Shown here piece by piece: positions 26,323 through 34,853 of a stretch of DNA of 36,969 nt. The notes beneath the pieces were generated by a model. The model was not told where the DNA came from. It made no database searches and saw only the letters and a program-made list of their open reading frames with translations. Made by a program: the position numbers and the translations under genes. This DNA comes from a virus (Duplodnaviria; Caudoviricetes). The stretch spans positions 1 through 36,969 of the IMG/VR virus record IMGVR_UViG_3300046103_002325; one strand, written 5' to 3'. Numbering within the stretch: the first letter of the stretch is position 1; each line of letters begins with the position of its first letter.

Positions 26323-27791
26323 TACATATCCGCCTTAAATTGCCGTTCGCCGATGTGCGCTCCGGCGTAGTGCAACGTCGCGATCCCTTCGCCTTCACCC
26401 AGGAGGGCGTACTCAAGGCTCTCACAAACATGGCTGTAAAAATTCTTGTCCGGCGTCTCCCCATACCGAGCATCACCGCTGACGTTCAGCTTGCGATAGC
26501 AGAACCCCCCAGCGGCACCCTTGCGCAGCATCTTTGCCTTGCTCGAGATCATCAGCGCCGGTCGACCGTCCATCGCTAATCGCTTGAGCGGAGCAATTAC
26601 TGCAGAACGTCGCAGAAGCATCTCGTTCGTCGGGGCCGGCTGGATCGGAATACCGGCGGCATTCATTACTTGTATGGGTGTCGTCTCAACCGTCTGGCCT
26701 GCTCGGTCGCCTGCCGGGTCACCCCAGCCCCGAAACGTAGCCTGCGGGTACTCTCGCCCCAGATACAATCTCAGCTCCGGCGCGAACACTGAGGCACTCA
26801 TGCCTTCAGATACGAACTCATCGATGACTGAGTACCTACCCACAGCAGGCTGGTATTGCAGAATGGCGCAGGCCGGCGTCCTGCCGAAGTCGACACCTAG
26901 TAGCAGCGGCAGCTCGCGGTCGTACGCAATGGGCTCCTCCGGCACATGCTTGCTGTCAATGAACTCACGCCAAACAGGCTCGCCATCGATCGTGAACCCA
27001 TACTCGTTGCCGAGGTTGACGGCGATCCAGCTTTCGTCCTTGCCTGCCATGCCTCGCTCGTAGTAGCGCTGCGGCAGATTCGGGAAGTTCTCAGCGTTTG
27101 GGTTTGCCTTCCATTTCACGCTGCCATCATTCTGCAGTCCGTCGCGCTCGAGGCCACCAGGCTGATGAAAGAACTGCCAATCCTCTGGTGGGTTTGTGGC
27201 GAGCGGCCACAGCCAATGGTCTTCGTCCCAGGAATTAGAGTCTCCCATGATCCCGTGCCACGTACAATTAACGCCCTGGCTGGCAATCGAAGGGAACCGA
27301 CCGTGCCGGAGGTCAGCCATGTCAAAGACGGCTTTCTGCAGCTCTTTCGTTTCGTTCATCCACACGAATGAGATGTTGTAGCCGCGCAGCTTTCGCACGC
27401 TGTCTTCGCGATCCAGCGCCAAAAAGACCAGTTCGCTCTGGACTCGAGTGCCATCGGGCAACCCAAATGCAACGTGCGCAGTCGGCGGCTCGAGCCCGCC
27501 GCGCTTCACCTTTGCGATGTCGCCAAAAACGTGCTGGAAGTCTGCGAGCGTCGTCTGCATTAGGTCGGCGTAGGTATTACGAATCGCCAGACCCTTGGTC
27601 GGCCTGACCCCTTCCGAGTTTGGTTCCTGCTCGATCATGTGACGCAGCAAAGGCCCGGTGATCGTGCCCACCGTCTTGCCAGATCCAAGCGGGCCTCGGA
27701 TGATCGACACCCGCGCGTTCGACGCCATGTAACGATTCAGCACAGGGTTTCTAGGGTCGCCCACCGAGACAATCAGCTCGCGAATACTCAC
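26322..27791 (-). CDS. terL: Terminase large subunit
   Basis: Walker A GPLGSGKT, Walker B FVWMNE, nuclease motifs GVDFGRTP and GDPAG. Start chosen at GTG 27791 (GTGA overlap); ORF extends to 27821. Confidence 0.93.
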   Translation of the reverse strand: MSIRELIVSVGDPRNPVLNRYMASNARVSIIRGPLGSGKTVGTITGPLLRHMIEQEPNSEGVRPTKGLAIRNTYADLMQTTLADFQHVFGDIAKVKRGGLEPPTAHVAFGLPDGTRVQSELVFLALDREDSVRKLRGYNISFVWMNETKELQKAVFDMADLRHGRFPSIASQGVNCTWHGIMGDSNSWDEDHWLWPLATNPPEDWQFFHQPGGLERDGLQNDGSVKWKANPNAENFPNLPQRYYERGMAGKDESWIAVNLGNEYGFTIDGEPVWREFIDSKHVPEEPIAYDRELPLLLGVDFGRTPACAILQYQPAVGRYSVIDEFVSEGMSASVFAPELRLYLGREYPQATFRGWGDPAGDRAGQTVETTPIQVMNAAGIPIQPAPTNEMLLRRSAVIAPLKRLAMDGRPALMISSKAKMLRKGAAGGFCYRKLNVSGDARYGETPDKNFYSHVCESLEYALLGEGEGIATLHYAGAHIGERQFKADM

Positions 27792-28054
27792 GCCTGCGCT
27801 GCGCGCTCCGCAGTGACCCACTGACGTGCCACCACTTCCGCCTGGTCGAGCCCCTGCGAGTTGAGCCGCATCTCATTCTTCAGCTTAAACGCAAAGAGCA
27901 TAAACGGCTGTCGGAAGTAGCAACGTAAATCGCGCGGCAGCGTTTCCCCTCGGATCAAGTGCCCAAGGATTTTGACGATCTGTTCGTCTTCGCCGTCGAG
28001 CATCTCTTCTGTGACCCCAGCGTTCGCATTATTCTTCTTCTTTTTCTTTTGCAA
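27788..28054 (-). CDS. Hypothetical protein between terS and terL
   Basis: TTG at 28054 follows AGGAGG; stop overlaps the terL start. Confidence 0.5.
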   Translation of the reverse strand: MQKKKKKNNANAGVTEEMLDGEDEQIVKILGHLIRGETLPRDLRCYFRQPFMLFAFKLKNEMRLNSQGLDQAEVVARQWVTAERAAQA

Positions 28055-28319
28055 AAGACCCTCCTGTGTAATCCATGTACCTGACGATGTTCTCGCTGCG
28101 CACCTCAACAATCTGCTCCTGCGGGATCAGCTTGCTCACCAGGCGCACAAACAATTCGGGATGCGAATGGGCCAAAGTCTCGAAATAATCTTCAGGATTG
28201 ACGCGCTCGAGAGCCTCAAGCAACGCCTCTTTTACTTCTCGAGTAACGACGTTCTGAACTCCCTTTGAGCGTCCGCCAGTTTTCTCGCGTCCAAGTTCAA
28301 ACATTCCCTCTTCCTCCAC
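28029..28319 (-). CDS. terS: Terminase small subunit (putative)
   Basis: KTGGRSKGVQN..T..VKEA and P..F..L..KLIP motifs; position upstream of terL; alternative ATG at 28304. Confidence 0.7.
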   Translation of the reverse strand: MEEEGMFELGREKTGGRSKGVQNVVTREVKEALLEALERVNPEDYFETLAHSHPELFVRLVSKLIPQEQIVEVRSENIVRYMDYTGGSFAKEKEEE

Positions 28320-28588
28320 CTCATTCGACTCTTTGATCTTCTATCCCCCTCTACTTCACGAAACACAGCCCGTAGGTCTTTCACAGCGACACTACGCAAT
28401 GCAATCTCACAAACCGCAGGACATTCTTGTTGCTCTTCGTAGCTAACTCCACACTTGCATTGCATAGAAAATTCATCCAACGAACCAAAAACATGCCCCA
28501 AAGCTGGAGGGTGGCAAACGCACAACCGAAACATTCCCAGCTCCCGCCTTACTATCTCATTCACTTCAATTCGTTCTGGTTCATCCAT
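28232..28588 (-). CDS. Hypothetical Cys/His-rich protein
   Basis: Probable ATG at 28588 just after the upstream stop; CVCH, CKCG, C...C clusters; 3' end overlaps terS. Confidence 0.45.
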   Translation of the reverse strand: MDEPERIEVNEIVRRELGMFRLCVCHPPALGHVFGSLDEFSMQCKCGVSYEEQQECPAVCEIALRSVAVKDLRAVFREVEGDRRSKSRMRWRKRECLNLDARKLADAQREFRTSLLEK

Positions 28589-28592
28589 TGTG

Positions 28593-28910
28593 TTACCTGA
28601 CTCGGCGGTAAGACCTGCCTTTGATGACGTCCCTAACGGTGCCGATTGCACAGCCGACGCTTTCAGCAATAATTCCGACCCCTACGCCTGCTTTTTCCTG
28701 ACGTCTTATTTCTTTGACCTGCTCGTCCAGCAACGTGATGCGGCGCAACAGCTCATCTTTTTCTTGTTTGGAATCGTATTGATAATCGCGGATGAACTCC
28801 ACCACCCTGATAATCTCAGGTTCGTCCTCCCCTTGCGCGTGAAGATCAATGACAAGCTCGCACCCTGCCCTGAAACCGTCCCGAAACGATTCCTTGTCCC
28901 GAATCGTCAA
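28593..28910 (-). CDS. Hypothetical protein with C-terminal HTH
   Basis: IAESVGCAIGTVRDVIKGRSY is a typical helix-turn-helix. Confidence 0.6.
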   Translation of the reverse strand: MTIRDKESFRDGFRAGCELVIDLHAQGEDEPEIIRVVEFIRDYQYDSKQEKDELLRRITLLDEQVKEIRRQEKAGVGVGIIAESVGCAIGTVRDVIKGRSYRRVR

Positions 28911-29104
28911 TGTGGAAACCCCCTGTGTTTCCCAATGTACTCTTGATAGGCGTTATGTATCTCAGCAGCGCAATCCCAACAGCGAGAATACTTACGCCTA
29001 GCCGCAGCACTATCCACTGCCACCGTATAGGACCACCTTCTTGTGCAATCGACGCACTTGCAATCCCTGACGACTGTCGGGACTTCGTCATCCAGTAACG
29101 ACAT
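28907..29104 (-). CDS. Small zinc-finger-like protein
   Basis: CVDC and CWDC pairs; probable ATG at 29104. Confidence 0.5.
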   Translation of the reverse strand: MSLLDDEVPTVVRDCKCVDCTRRWSYTVAVDSAAARRKYSRCWDCAAEIHNAYQEYIGKHRGFPH

Positions 29105-29354
29105 CAATCGCCTCCTGCAAAGAGCGGACGACGACAGCGGTGCCCCCCGACCATGCTTCAAAAAACTCCACCTGCAGCGGAGTCAAGCGTCCCCTGCCAC
29201 TCTTCACTTCAAGCAGGAATGTTCTTCTGCGATACCCGACCAGGAGGTCAACGGGTCGATCTATCTGAACGACTCGAGCACCAATGGCTCGCAGACCGTC
29301 GACGATCTCGCGCTCATTCGTGTCGCGGTTCTTCGCGTATCGGTTCAGGGTCAA
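29088..29354 (-). CDS. VRR-NUC / PD-(D/E)XK endonuclease (Holliday-junction resolvase-like)
   Basis: D.NE..IV..LR..G, PVDLLVG, LLEVK, LTP.Q..F motifs. Confidence 0.85.
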   Translation of the reverse strand: MTLNRYAKNRDTNEREIVDGLRAIGARVVQIDRPVDLLVGYRRRTFLLEVKSGRGRLTPLQVEFFEAWSGGTAVVVRSLQEAIDVVTG

Positions 29355-29385
29355 CTTTTATCGCTGTTCCAGAATGTCGATTCAT

Positions 29386-29637
29386 TCACCACTCGATCCC
29401 TATCCCCAGCGCATCGGAGATCGCCATTGCCCTGTCCAGCCGTGGCACTCTCTTACCAGATTCGTAACGAGACACCTGATCCCTTGTAACGCCAGACATC
29501 TGAGCAACGTCATCTAGCGTGAGAGATTGGCTGAGACGCTGCTCATGCACGACGCTCGCCCACTCAAGCACCCATTTTTTCGGGCCGTCTGCTTCATTTA
29601 ACCAACCACCACCCACGGGTGCTTTGGGTTTAATCAT
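29386..29637 (-). CDS. XRE-family HTH transcriptional regulator
   Basis: LTLDDVAQMSGVTRDQVSRYESGKRVP. Confidence 0.88.
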   Translation of the reverse strand: MIKPKAPVGGGWLNEADGPKKWVLEWASVVHEQRLSQSLTLDDVAQMSGVTRDQVSRYESGKRVPRLDRAMAISDALGIGIEW

Positions 29638-30125
29638 CGTCTCGTTCCTTCGCTGTTGCGTGCTGTGGCGCTGTTCTCGTCGCTCAAGACGTTGCTGGGC
29701 CTCCAGCCGTAGACTGTCTCGACAACTTCGCCTCGCAGCCCCCGCGATTTAGCGAGTCCTTTAATCTTGTCTCGTAATGCTTGGATGTGTTCCGAGCTTG
29801 CTGGCGAGGCGTTCGCCTCCAGTTTCGCTTGATCCATTCGCCCATCAATTCTCTTTTGATTCCGCTCCGCGTATTCGCGCTGAGAGATTTTTTTCGCCTG
29901 CACTATCACTGCGCCCGGAGACGGAAGAAAGCCCGTTACATCCGCTTCTAGGGCCATTTGAAGAGCCTGTTTGAGCTTGTCCGCCCTGACCAGCATGGTC
30001 ACCTCGACCAATCCCCGCATTCTCTCAGGTGGCGCAGGTTGTCCGAGTGTTTCCGCCGCCCACGTCCAGGCGGCGAGTCTGATACCAAGTTCACCTTCGG
30101 TCATGTTTCCCCCCTGGTATCGCAA
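29634..30125 (-). CDS. Putative helicase loader/inhibitor
   Basis: Directly follows the initiator; FLPSPGAVI resembles the F.P..A.I motif of phage loader proteins. Confidence 0.45.
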   Translation of the reverse strand: MRYQGGNMTEGELGIRLAAWTWAAETLGQPAPPERMRGLVEVTMLVRADKLKQALQMALEADVTGFLPSPGAVIVQAKKISQREYAERNQKRIDGRMDQAKLEANASPASSEHIQALRDKIKGLAKSRGLRGEVVETVYGWRPSNVLSDENSATARNSEGTRR

Positions 30126-31068
30126 TCAACGAATCCAGATCATCCATATCGCCGCCGGTCATCTGGCGGAATGCCTCGCGAGCCGATTCTCGATTGAACT
30201 CAGAGATCCGCTCGCCGTGGTTCTGTGGCCGCTGCGATGCTTGAACATCAGCCGGCGCTTCGCCGTCTGAGAACTGCTCGAGATACTTGGCGACGTTCGA
30301 CGGACGCCAAACTGTCTCCGGGTTCAAGTTGGCTCGTTGCTCAGGCCAACGATTGCCGAGCAAGTGATACGAGACAAATCCCTGAAACGAATCGACGGGT
30401 GCGGTGGGTCCAAACTCTTTGGCGATGGCGCGCATCCTGGCTCGCCGCTGCTTCGTGAGCCTCCACGCTCGAGACTTTCGGTCGTGGTGGAATGTGCCGG
30501 CGAGTCGGCGCACCTCGGCAAAGACCTCGGCTTCGATGTCGGGACGGTCGGGACGGTCGGGTTCTTCGTGCAGGATGTCGAACCCACCCGGCGGCTCATC
30601 TGACAACGAAACCAACTCAAGTTTTCCCCCCTCAATTGGTGCGCCGTCAGGCGTTCCAAGGGGTGATTTGGTAGGGGAGATTAAGTGTTGGTTTTGGTCT
30701 TGGTCTTGGTCTTGGTCTTGGTGTGTACTTTTAGGGGTGTGGTTGTTGGACCCTATACCGTTATAGATCGGCCACTTACTGACCGTTATCTCCCAGACTT
30801 TCCCACGTCTATCGAGAGAAACCAAGCCGACTTCCTCGAGAAGTCTCACCCTCTTCTCTGAGACATCTATCCGTCTTCTCCCAGATAGCGCACACAAGCC
30901 GCAGTCCGAAAGAGTCAACTTCCCGTCTCCCGATCGAACCCGGTTCAGCATCGCGAGGATTCGGACGTACACGCCCAGCCCCTGGTTCCCGATCTCGGCA
31001 ATAGCAGGATCATCAAGGATTGAGGAGTAGACCTTGAACCATCCACCGGAGTCTTTCCTGCGGGTCAT
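30091..31068 (-). CDS. Phage replication initiator (replisome organiser type)
   Basis: N-terminal WFKVYSSILDDP winged-helix-like domain, DQDQDQ linker, C-terminal L.PET..R......YL. Confidence 0.7.
   Translation of the reverse strand: MTRRKDSGGWFKVYSSILDDPAIAEIGNQGLGVYVRILAMLNRVRSGDGKLTLSDCGLCALSGRRRIDVSEKRVRLLEEVGLVSLDRRGKVWEITVSKWPIYNGIGSNNHTPKSTHQDQDQDQDQNQHLISPTKSPLGTPDGAPIEGGKLELVSLSDEPPGGFDILHEEPDRPDRPDIEAEVFAEVRRLAGTFHHDRKSRAWRLTKQRRARMRAIAKEFGPTAPVDSFQGFVSYHLLGNRWPEQRANLNPETVWRPSNVAKYLEQFSDGEAPADVQASQRPQNHGERISEFNRESAREAFRQMTGGDMDDLDSLIAIPGGKHDRR
30694..30721. repeat. (TTGGTC)4 microsatellite encoding the DQ linker
   Basis: Directly visible. Confidence 0.9.
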
Positions 31069-31871
31069 TTTATTGACACCTTCCGGGTTCCCTTCTTGTT
31101 TCGCGCTTTAGTGACAAAACGACTAACGGGGACGCCTGCTCTGGTCGCGTTCCATGCCAAAATCATCGACACACTTTTTTCGTCTGGAGCCATCCTCTGA
31201 TACATTGACATTTTCGCCTCAATCAGCTTATCCCGCAGCAGACGAACAGGGTCATGTTCACTGATATTTTCCCCAGTCATAAATTTTCGGATAAATGTTT
31301 CTGCCAACAATGGGTCGCGATCACAGAACAATGCGTGTAGACACGATGTCGGGCCGGGGTCCATCAGCGCCTTCCGGGTCACGAACGAACACACAAATTC
31401 CACGGACTTCGCTATCTGCGGGTGCAAACCTTCGTATGCCAAATGCTCTGCGTAAGTCATATTCTTCTGCACTCTGCTTTTTTGAAAATTACCTGTCGCT
31501 GTGAAAGTCGCATGGTGAGTGATTGCAAGCGCAAGAACCTTTGGGTGCGCTTTTTTTTCGATAGTAAGAATATCCCTCAGATTGCGACGTCTGCCCGTGT
31601 CTATCGATGTGAATGCTGAACTGTGCAAATCACGAACTACCACAAATTCTCGACCGATTCCGGTTTTTTGCACCGCGGAAAGCCTGTGCTGTCCGTCTAA
31701 AAGCGTGTCTCCGCTCAAAATAATTGGCGCACCGTTTTGTATCCAAGCGCCACGGGTCATCGCTTCAGCGTACTTGTCCCTAGCAACGTCTGACAGCTTG
31801 CGGTTGTGGCCGTTATCCTTGAGCATCGTCGATGCAATTAAGGGCGTAATGAATTCCACTGTAGCTCTCAT
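31065..31871 (-). CDS. DGQHR-motif ParB/Srx-like protein
   Basis: NR.LS, YA..M..G.W..NG.PI, LLDGQHRL.A and IDTG.RR motifs; AAGGAG RBS. Confidence 0.75.
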   Translation of the reverse strand: MRATVEFITPLIASTMLKDNGHNRKLSDVARDKYAEAMTRGAWIQNGAPIILSGDTLLDGQHRLSAVQKTGIGREFVVVRDLHSSAFTSIDTGRRRNLRDILTIEKKAHPKVLALAITHHATFTATGNFQKSRVQKNMTYAEHLAYEGLHPQIAKSVEFVCSFVTRKALMDPGPTSCLHALFCDRDPLLAETFIRKFMTGENISEHDPVRLLRDKLIEAKMSMYQRMAPDEKSVSMILAWNATRAGVPVSRFVTKARNKKGTRKVSIK

Positions 31872-31883
31872 GTTTTCTCCTTT

Positions 31884-31912
31884 GCGCCCATTGGCTAGTC
31901 CCCAATGGGCGC
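31884..31912. promoter_or_regulatory. Perfect 11-bp inverted repeat between the Cro-like and DGQHR genes
   Basis: GCGCCCATTGG-ctagtcc-CCAATGGGCGC; followed by TTTCTGTTT on + and by the RBS on -. Confidence 0.7.
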
Positions 31913-31919
31913 TTTCTGT

Positions 31920-32141
31920 TTATGGTAATTGCGCCAAAAGCTTGCGAGTCGCAGGGGTGATCGGAAGATCGCTTCGTCTCACCAAGCCACCAGTCGCCCT
32001 CTCGATTCCAAGCGAGAGCTGCGGACTCGCAGTGCGTTTGTTCCTGCGTAGATTGTTGATGGTCGACTGAACCACCCCGACCGCCTCGGCAAGACTCGCC
32101 TCAGTCCAAGCGGTACTAAGAATCAGTTTGTCTAATTTCAT
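31920..32141 (-). CDS. Cro/YdaS-like HTH regulator
   Basis: LAEAVGVVQSTINNL...R..SP.L...IE.AT.G.V...DL; first gene of the leftward operon. Confidence 0.85.
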   Translation of the reverse strand: MKLDKLILSTAWTEASLAEAVGVVQSTINNLRRNKRTASPQLSLGIERATGGLVRRSDLPITPATRKLLAQLP

Positions 32142-32147
32142 GAGGCA

Positions 32148-32176
32148 AGGCTATTCCCACCGGCATCATTTAGCAA
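32148..32176 (-). promoter_or_regulatory. Sigma70-like promoter for the Cro-like gene, probably leaderless
   Basis: TTGCTA-17 nt-TAGCCT ending 6 nt before the ATG; no RBS. Confidence 0.55.
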
Positions 32177-32311
32177 GGTCTAAACAAAACCCTTTTTCAT
32201 AAAACCTAATCGTTTTTCGTGGAACCCATTGCAAATGGCTATGCCATGAGTCATACAGTGTTCAACATTTTCTCGTCGCAATGAAGCGACCCTTTGAAGA
32301 ATGGAACGTCA

Positions 32312-32569
32312 ATGTCTTTGCCAACAAATCACACAATCGTTTATGCAAACTATGGTGCGCCTGCAATTGAAACTCGCCATAGCCAACAACCTTACGCGTC
32401 CGCAGAAGTCGAATTCATATGTGGTCAATTCGCTATCAGCTTTTTCTTTGGCAATCCCGACGAGATGGAGCAATTCGCTGCAACGCTTCTCACAGCGTCG
32501 GAGAATTTGCGGGCATTCAAAAGTTTAGAGGCGAAGGTTGCTGCCAAGCTTTTGGAGAAAACGTCGTGA
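32312..32569 (+). CDS. Hypothetical early protein
   Basis: First rightward ORF; ATG at 32312 (ORF extends to 32294). Confidence 0.6.
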   Translation: MSLPTNHTIVYANYGAPAIETRHSQQPYASAEVEFICGQFAISFFFGNPDEMEQFAATLLTASENLRAFKSLEAKVAAKLLEKTS

Positions 32570-32703
32570 GCGCGCCGGGCGAGCCCAACCTCGACGAACC
32601 TGAATGGTGTGAAGACTGCGATGACGATCGCGACTTTGAAACTTTGATTGGCGATCTCAAAGACGGCAAAATCTGGATTGCCCTTTACGACGAAGGTTTC
32701 TGA
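32566..32703 (+). CDS. Small acidic hypothetical protein (45 aa)
   Basis: GTGA overlap with the upstream stop; GGAG upstream; CEDC motif. Confidence 0.45.
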   Translation: MSAPGEPNLDEPEWCEDCDDDRDFETLIGDLKDGKIWIALYDEGF

Positions 32704-32808
32704 TGTTCTGCCGACTGAAACATCGATTTTATCGCTGGACTGGCCGTCGACTGCGCTGCTCTAGCTGTAGTCAACTCATTCAATTCGTTCGCTGAAATCA
32801 GCGGCGAG

Positions 32809-32856
32809 CGCCAGCCCAATCGGGACACCGAGGCTATCGGGGGCTGGCGTTTTTTT
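32809..32856 (+). terminator. Intrinsic terminator-like hairpin before the recE-like gene
   Basis: CGCCAGCCC/GGGCTGGCG stem followed by 7 T. Confidence 0.7.
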
Positions 32857-32867
32857 ATGGAGAGCAC

Positions 32868-33710
32868 ATGTTAAAAACAGGAATCCACCACAGCGTCGGA
32901 ATGGACGACTATCGCGCTGACACAGGAATCGCATCGAGCGACCTGTCCGCGCTCAAAAGATCCGCCGCATACGCACAGCTCCGCCGTACAACAATCAACG
33001 AACCAACGCCAGCGATGCAATTCGGCACAGCCGTACACACTGCTGTGCTCGAGCCGCACCTGTTCAACCGGGTCTACCAAGAAGATCCACAGCACCCTGA
33101 GCATGGGGGGTATCCGCGTGGGTGGCGCAATTCAAAGGCCTACAAAGAAGCGGTCGCTTCATTGCATGACGACGGCAAGACCCCACTGTCAGCAATCCAA
33201 ATGCACGCCTGTGAGCAGATCCGCAAGAACGTCTTGCTGCACTCGACTGGCAAGCTGATCGCCGACGTGCAGGACGATGTCGAGGTGAGCGTCTTTGCCG
33301 AAGACCAGGAGGGGCGCAGGCGAAAAATCCGGCCAGACATGCTGCTCTCGGGAGCGTCAATGATTGTCGACCTGAAGACGACGGCCGACCCCAGTGCGTT
33401 CGCCCGAACGGTAAACAAGTTCGGATACCACCGATCAGCCGCCTATTACCTAGACACGATTAACCTGCTCGACAATTACGAGCACTACCTGTTCCTCGTC
33501 GTCGCGACCGACGCGCCATACGAGGTTTCTGCGTACACCTTAGACGAAGACACGATTGAACAAGGCCGATACGAGTACACCAACTTGCTCGCTAAGTATT
33601 CAGCGTGCATGGAGAGCGGCAATTGGCCGCTTCCCGACACCGGCATCGAGGAGGTTCGCCTTCCCGAATACGCCATCAACTATCACATGAATGAGGAGAT
33701 CGCAGCGTGA
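32868..33710 (+). CDS. RecE/exonuclease VIII-like PD-(D/E)XK nuclease
   Basis: SS.L, TPAM.FGTAVH.AVLEP, EVS, K.RPD, IVDLKTT, YH.SAAYY motifs. Confidence 0.9.
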   Translation: MLKTGIHHSVGMDDYRADTGIASSDLSALKRSAAYAQLRRTTINEPTPAMQFGTAVHTAVLEPHLFNRVYQEDPQHPEHGGYPRGWRNSKAYKEAVASLHDDGKTPLSAIQMHACEQIRKNVLLHSTGKLIADVQDDVEVSVFAEDQEGRRRKIRPDMLLSGASMIVDLKTTADPSAFARTVNKFGYHRSAAYYLDTINLLDNYEHYLFLVVATDAPYEVSAYTLDEDTIEQGRYEYTNLLAKYSACMESGNWPLPDTGIEEVRLPEYAINYHMNEEIAA

Positions 33711-34414
33711 ACGAATCGCTCCCGACACCTACCACCCAATCAAACGAAATGTCTGTGGCAACTAACGAAGAGCGCATTTTCGCGCTCAACCAGCGGCGAG
33801 CCCAGGCGCTGTCTAAGGCACCTCTCGTTCCCAAAGAGTTTGCGAAATCGGTCGCCAACTGCCTGATTGCGGTGAACCTCGCTCAGCGGACAGGGTTCGA
33901 TACCTTTGAGGTAATGCAAAACCTTCATGTCATTCACGGCAAGCCGAGCTTTTCAGCCTTTTTCCTGATTGCGTGCATCAATAAATGCGGTCGTTTTGAA
34001 TCCCTAAAGTTTCGGACTGAGGGCGAAGGCATGCAAAGAACATGCATTGCGCACGCAGTCGAGAAGTCGACGGGCGAAGTCATCGAAGGCCCACCTGTCT
34101 CGCTTAAGATGGCGCATGACGAAGGATGGTCGACCAAGTCTGGCAGTAAGTGGAAGACCATGCCGGACCTGATGCTGCGCTACCGCAGCGCCGCGTTTTT
34201 TGCGCGAACGGTCGCACCGGAAATCGCGATGGGAATGCACACTCCTTACGAAGTCAACGACATGAGATCAAACGCGCAAGCTAGTCGACCTTCGGCGATC
34301 AGCGCACAGGAGGCACTCGAGAAAGCGCGTGACATCACTCCCGACTTACCTGTTGAACCAGACTCAGTTGACTCTGCGTTTGGGTTGGATGACGACGGAC
34401 CTGAAGACTTCTGA
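33707..34414 (+). CDS. RecT/Redbeta-like single-strand annealing protein
   Basis: NCLIA...A...G, VMQNL.VI.GKPS, GW..K.GSKW..MP..ML.YR.A.FF.R motifs; coupled to the exonuclease gene. Confidence 0.85.
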   Translation: MNESLPTPTTQSNEMSVATNEERIFALNQRRAQALSKAPLVPKEFAKSVANCLIAVNLAQRTGFDTFEVMQNLHVIHGKPSFSAFFLIACINKCGRFESLKFRTEGEGMQRTCIAHAVEKSTGEVIEGPPVSLKMAHDEGWSTKSGSKWKTMPDLMLRYRSAAFFARTVAPEIAMGMHTPYEVNDMRSNAQASRPSAISAQEALEKARDITPDLPVEPDSVDSAFGLDDDGPEDF

Positions 34415-34437
34415 ACGATTGATTTGCAGTGTTCGCA

Positions 34438-34480
34438 GCCCCGCCCCTGCCCCCCTGGTTTCCACGGGGGTGGGGCTTTT
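34438..34480 (+). terminator. Terminator-like hairpin after the recT-like gene
   Basis: GCCCCGCCCC...GGGGTGGGGC followed by TTTT. Confidence 0.55.
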
Positions 34481-34538
34481 GTTGCACCATGAAAGGAGTT
34501 TCGCATGCGAGACTCAACACAACCACGCTACGAGGGGG

Positions 34539-34567
34539 AATAGCAGGCCCTTTCGGGGCTATTTTTT
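34539..34567 (+). terminator. Second terminator-like hairpin
   Basis: GCCC-tttcg-GGGC followed by TATTTTTT. Confidence 0.5.
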
Positions 34568-34598
34568 GTCTACTACCGCCCCCAAAAGGAATAAGACA

Positions 34599-34853
34599 AT
34601 GAAAGACTTTGAAAAAAGCCGCGCTGCTAAATGGATCGCTGGCCGCGAGGAACGCGGTCTGAACAAGGACGACCCGTTTCAGGGTAATCCAATCAACGAA
34701 CTGCTGCAGGAATACGAAGACACCGCGAACTATCTCGAGGAAGCCTATTGGCAGGGTTTGATTAGCGAGGAGGAAACTCGCTTTGGAATCGACCGGGCTC
34801 GAGAGAGCTGGGTGTGGGCGGTTAATCTACTGGAAACGCCTGCGAATCCATAA
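34599..34853 (+). CDS. Small helical protein, possibly MazG-like nucleotide pyrophosphatase fold
   Basis: AAGGA RBS and ATG at 34599; ELLQEYEDTANYL resembles the ExxD motif of all-alpha NTP-PPases. Confidence 0.5.
   Translation: MKDFEKSRAAKWIAGREERGLNKDDPFQGNPINELLQEYEDTANYLEEAYWQGLISEEETRFGIDRARESWVWAVNLLETPANP

Noticed and set aside
32704-32810. Possible tRNA
   Set aside because: No cloverleaf, T-loop consensus or CCA end recognisable.
34329-34598. Upstream extension of ORF 34329..34853
   Set aside because: Overlaps recT and crosses two terminator-like hairpins; the RBS supports ATG 34599.
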